Of a stretch of DNA of 64,000 nucleotides, positions 35,992 to 64,000 are shown piece after piece. Under the pieces are notes generated by a model, which was not told the DNA's origin, did not search any database, and was given only the letters and a program-made list of their open reading frames with translations. The position numbers and the translations under genes were made by a program. The DNA is taken from contig NW_027361754.1 in the NCBI RefSeq assembly GCF_039654945.1, positions 5,084,001 to 5,148,000 of the forward strand, given 5' to 3'. Positions within the stretch are counted from its first letter, which is position 1; every line of letters begins with the position of its first letter. This stretch comes from Dendrobates tinctorius. Its lineage: Eukaryota.

Positions 35992-36870
35992 AAAGGGACC
36001 CTGTCACCACTTTTTTGGCTTACAAGCTAAAAATATCATTTGTGTCAGCTATGCCTTCCACAACTAGTTCTAAAACCCCCTGACTCCCCATGTATCACCC
36101 ATAAAAACCTTTTTTATTTGTCCCGCACTGTATGGTAATCTGTCCGGTCCGGTCCGGTCCAATGAGCATTGCCTCTGTTCCCTCACTTCACCCTTCCTCG
36201 GCTTGCCGTGAATATCGGAGATTGCGTACAGATTTTGCGCTTGCGCATTGAAGTGGTATCGCGCATGCGCAGTATGCTTTGCCCAACTGCGGGCAAAGCC
36301 AAAAATCAGTAGTGCGCATGCGTGTCCTATGCCCTGTATGGTGCCGTGTCTAATAATTGGTGGCAGTGTGCTTTAAATACCATATGAAGCTATGCGCTGG
36401 ATGTGAGGGGGGAGGGAGAGCGACCGTGCGTAGTAAAGCAGCCAAAACGAGGTTTGAGACGCTGGGGTAGCGGCACACACGCAGCAATGCCTATGTGACT
36501 GGGGTTCGGGCGCGTTCGCCATGTGAGCGTTCAGGGAGAGGCTTGGAACACAAAACCGAGGCGCATGCGCACTACTGCTTTTCAGCTTTGCCCGCAGTTG
36601 GGCAAAGCATACTGCGCACGAGTGAAATCTGTACGCGATCTCCGATATTCACGGCAAGTCGAGGAGGGGGTGGAGTGAGGGAACAGAGGCAAAACCCATC
36701 GGACCGGACCGAACAGATTACCATACAGCGCGGGACAAATAAAAAAGGTTTTTATGGGTGATACATGGGGAGTCAGGGGGTTTCAGAACTAGTTGTGGAA
36801 GGCATAGCGGACACTCCAATTAACTGATATTTTTAGCTGGTGGGCCAAAAAAGTGGCGAGAGGTTCCCTT
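35992..36870. mobile_element. T2-like (TTAA) MITE with long inverted arms
   Basis: TTAAAAGGGACCCTGTCACCACTTTTTT...AAAAAGTGGCGAGAGGTTCCCTTTAA. Arms about 35992-36320 and 36560-36870 are reverse complements. Confidence 0.88.
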
Positions 36871-36875
36871 TAATA

Positions 36876-37471
36876 ATGGGAACCTGTCAGCTATTTTGGC
36901 CGCTATAGGATGCGGCCACTGCCTTTTAGGGCTTATCTGCAGCATTCTATAATGCTGTAGATAAGCCCCGATCCGACCTGAAAGATAAGAAAAAGTTTTA
37001 TTATTCTCACCTAAGGGGAGGGGCGGTCCGGCGCCTTCCATTTTCTTGCGATGCCGCCCTCCCGCTTGCTTCATGGCTCCCCAGCATCGCGCTCCTGCGC
37101 AGGTGTACTTATCTGCTCTGTTGAGGGCAGAGGAAAGTACAGTGCGCAGGCGCTGGGTCTCTGACCTTTCCCTGCTCCTGCGCTCTGCAGTACTTTACTC
37201 TGCCCTCAACTGGGCAGATAAGTACACCTGCGCAGGAGCGCGATGTCGGGGAGCAATGAAGCAAGCGGGAGGGCGGCATTTCAAGAAGATGGGAGGCGCC
37301 GGACCCGGACCTGCGACACCCATCAGACCGGACCGCCCCCAGGTAAGTATAATAAAACTTCTTTTTCAGGTCAGATCGGGGGCTTATCTACAGCATTATA
37401 GAATGCTGTAGATAAGCCCTAAAAAGCGGTGGCCACATCTTATAGCTGCCAAACAGGCGACAGGTTCCCTT
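36876..37471. mobile_element. Adjacent fully palindromic T2-like MITE
   Basis: GGGAACCTGTC...GACAGGTTCCCTTTAA termini; arms are reverse complements over about 270 bp. Confidence 0.88.
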
Positions 37472-37474
37472 TAA

Positions 37475-37745
37475 CACAGTTCCTTAGTGTATAGTGTACT
37501 CACTTATTATACATAGCACAGTCCCTTAGTATATAGTATACTCACTTATTATGTATAGCACCATTCCTCAATAAGAAGTGTACTCACTTATGTATAACAC
37601 AGTCCCTTAGTATATAGCATACTAGCTTATTATGTATAGCGCCATCACTCAGTATATAGCGTAGTCACTTTTTATGTATAGCACAGTCCCTTAGCATATA
37701 GTGTACTCATGTTATACTAACACCATCCTTAGTTACATAGTTTCC
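37475..37745. repeat. AT-rich tandem repeat of about 41 bp
   Basis: Recurring CACAGTCCCTTAGTATATAGTATACTCACTTATTATGTATAG. Confidence 0.8.
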
Positions 37746-38554
37746 TTATTACATTATATATCTAACAACAAGAGAGGACAGTATGTAACAAAAAACAGTG
37801 CTCTGTATAATCCAATATGTAAGGGACGGTGCTGTACATAGCAAGAGAGGGCACTGTATAAGTCACGGCACTATACATAATAAAGGAGACAATGTAATAT
37901 ATACAGGTGTGTGTGCCTATATATATATATATCTATATCTATCTATCTTTGTCGCCATAAAAGGAAGGGTGCCTAGAGTCTAGACATATTTCTTGCACAG
38001 TGGCCCCAAGCTGTCAGTGGCCACCCCCAGTATACAGAAGGATGTTTTCTAAGGCGTGTACGGTGGGAGGATCGTGAGATGTTCCCGGTATACGGGGATG
38101 GTCTTGTGGGGTGCGGGATTTCGTGGGGCACTCCCGGTGTACAGGGGAATAGGGGGGGACTTCTTGGGGTACTCCAGTGTGGAGGGGGGGAATCTCGTTG
38201 GGGTGTTCCCGGTGTAGGGGAGGGGTACCCGTGTGTCCAGTCACAGTCATCTGGTGACCTGTGAGGATGTGGGGGTGCGCAGCTCAGTGCTCCCGGTGGG
38301 GGTGAAGCTGCCGTCTGCTCTGACCTCACAGAAGGCGGCTGTGCCCGGTTCACTGATGACTACGGCTGGCGACAGACGGTGTAACGGGGCGATGTGATGC
38401 GGCACGTGGGGGGTGTTAGGCAGGTGATGAGACTATTCTAGGATATGACGGCTGCTCTGCAGTATGTGGGACGATGTTCTGCTGCTGTGGAGTCTGACGT
38501 TACAGACTGAAGATGTAAATGAGAAAGCAAGCCCGCTCTCCAGCCATAGTTACC

Positions 38555-38745
38555 TAACAGCGACGGCTCCTTTAAGACGAGCCTCTTTGCCTGGCCAATC
38601 AGATTATAATATGCCACAGAGCTCCGCCTTCCTCTGCGTGGGCTGCTGGGAATCGTAGTTTCCTTGCATACTTGTACAATTGTACATACCCTGCATATAA
38701 ACTACATGTTCCGTGATGCCCCGCAGGCTGGCCCCCCTCACAGAC
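38555..38745. promoter_or_regulatory. Bidirectional promoter of THYN1 and ACAD8
   Basis: CCAAT near 38595; two inverted ACTAC(A/G)nnTCC(C) motifs of ZNF143/THAP11 type at 38641-38661 and 38699-38720; minus-strand donor-like GTAACT near 38553. Confidence 0.7.
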
Positions 38746-62026
<23,281 letters not shown>

Positions 62027-62490
62027 GAACTGGAAAATCTCCATCATCACATGAACCTCATTGCTGCAGGAGAGCAGCGCTCGTTCACCTCTGCCGCATG
62101 CATCGGCCTGAGGAGCAGCACCCAGGAGCCTCTGCAGATCACTGACTTCTGAACCGATTTGTGTCTGTATTATATTTATAGTCTAAGCGATATTGTTATA
62201 TCTGCACCGAATGTAGATGAAAAGATCGAGTGCCAGATTCTAGGGTCCACGTTTGGAGACTTCCATCCTTCAGCAGAATATCAGATTTATTGATTCTACT
62301 GGCGCCATCTCTCAGCCTTTCTCCGCTTCTTTGTTTCTGATCTTCTGCACTTCGGTCGTTTTCCCTCGGCGATCTGGGTCTCTGGACACCGCTGTCACTT
62401 GTTTTCCTGGCACGTGGCGGCAACTGAGACTGGAGCGGCCACTGCCATCTGTGTACTGTGCCTGCTGCTTATGTTGGGGTTAACTAAAAT

Positions 62491-62603
62491 TTCTAGACAT
62501 TACCACAATGAATTTTAAACAAAACAATTCAGATGCAGTTGAAGTTCAGACTTTCAGCTTTCATTTGAAGGTATCCACATTAAAATTGGATGAAGGGTTT
62601 AGG
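62491..62603 (+). mobile_element. Isolated fragment of the 60233-61862 Tc1 TIR
   Basis: TCTAGACATTACCACAATGAATTTTAAAC...GGATGAAGGGTTTAGG is nearly identical to 60284-60395. Confidence 0.9.
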
Positions 62604-62609
62604 GTCTAG

Positions 62610-63784
62610 GAGTCCCGTGCTCATATACCCATCATACTTATCCTCCATCCCATAGTCCCGTGCCCATATACCCATCATACATATCCTCCATCCCATAGTC
62701 CCGTGCCCATATACCCATCATACATATCCGCCATCCCATAGTCCCGTGCCCATATACCCATCATAAATATCCTCCATCCCATAGTCCTGTGCTCATATAC
62801 CCATCATACATATCCTCCATCCCATAGTCCCGTGCCCATATACCCATCATACATATCCTCCATCCCATAGTCCCGTGCCCATATACCCATCATACATATC
62901 CTCCATCCCATAGTCCCGTGCCCATATACCCATCATACATATCCTCCATCCCATAGTCCCGTGCGCATATACCCATCATACATATCCTCCATCCCATAGT
63001 CCAGTGCGCATATACCCTTCATACATATCCTCCATCCCATAGTCCCGTGTCCATATACCCATCACACATCCTCCATCCCATAGTCCCGTGCCCATATACC
63101 CATCACACATATCTGCCATCCCATATTCCCGTGCCCCCCATCATACATATCCTCCATCCCATAGTCCAGTGCGCATATACCCATCATACATATCCTCCAT
63201 CCCATAGTCCCATGCCCATATACCCATCATACATATCCTCCATCCCATAGTCCCGTGCCCCCCATCATACATATCCTCCATCCCATAGTCCCGTGCGCAT
63301 ATACCCATCATACATATCCTCCATCCCATAGTCCAGTGCGCATATACCCTTCATACATATCCTCCATCCCATTGTCCCGTGCCCATATACCCATCATACA
63401 TATCCTCCATCCCATAGTCCCGTGCCCATATACCCATCATACATATCCTCCATCCCATAGTCCTGTGCCCATATACCCATCATACATAACCTCCATCCCA
63501 TATTCCTGTGCCCATAAACCCATCATACATATCTGCCATCCCATAGTCCCATGCCCATATACCCATCACACATCCTCCATCCAATCATGACATCACAATA
63601 AAGGGGAGGGGCTAACTGGAAGGAGAGAAGCATTAAGCTAACATTCTACTGTGACCGCAATAAAGGAGCGGGATTGAACAAAAGGGGCAGATCTATGAAG
63701 TGGGTGTGGTTATGTATAGTGGGTGTGGTTATGTGGAGTGGGAGTTAGTTACTATGCCCGGGCAACGCCGGGCTCTTCAGCTAG
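62610..63784 (+). mobile_element. 3' part of a non-autonomous Helitron with a 41-bp minisatellite (about 23 units, 62610-63582)
   Basis: Unit CCCATAGTCCCGTGCCCATATACCCATCATACATATCCTCCAT-like (39-43 bp variants). 3' end AGTTAGTTACTATGCCCGGGCAACGCCGGGCTCTTCAGCTAG|T (hairpin plus CTAG), the same as 39692-39733. Confidence 0.85.
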
Positions 63785-64000
63785 TATATATATAAAGAAA
63801 AAGCCTGTGTGTGATGAAACGGAGCAAAGCCTGGCGGAAATGACGCCGCACTGTGGCGGTCCGGAGGAGTCTATATGAGACGGAGCGGGCGACATTTATA
63901 CTTTTATGTGACCGTCACCAGCCTAAATGTCGCTGTCCAGTTTTTTATTATTTCCATTTCATTTTTTTAGGATTAAAAAATAAAATACCAACATTTTTAA

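Noticed and set aside
38716-38745. Upstream in-frame ATG extending ACAD8 by 10 aa
   Set aside because: It overlaps the promoter motifs and has weaker context. ATG 38746 gives a typical presequence and the expected protein length.

Overview
Vertebrate genomic DNA, almost certainly an anuran (frog), inferred from the T2-type MITEs, DIRS, Tc1, Tx1 and L2 content. It holds the conserved four-gene block NCAPD3(-, first 11 coding exons; the rest lies left of the window), VPS26B(+, complete, 6 exons, 336 aa), THYN1(-, complete, 7 coding exons, 227 aa) and ACAD8(+, complete, 11 exons, 414 aa). The genes form two head-to-head pairs on short bidirectional promoters. All exons were read by hand, with GT-AG junctions and consistent phases. 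Introns and intergenic DNA are dense with degenerate mobile elements (Tx1-like LINE, DIRS with ITRs and ICR, two L2s, five Tc1 copies or fragments, hAT and TTAA-type MITEs, non-autonomous Helitrons) and many minisatellites. Most of the ORF track is repeat-derived noise. Best leads: (1) a Tx1 retrotransposon whose tail-less 3' end abuts an 81/86-bp minisatellite, a possible satellite-targeting family; (2) every array of that minisatellite has the same orientation relative to host transcription; (3) a MITE present once with one 65-bp unit and once with about 30; (4) a 2A-like GDISPNPGP motif in an L2; (5) a dyad-symmetric THYN1/ACAD8 promoter.
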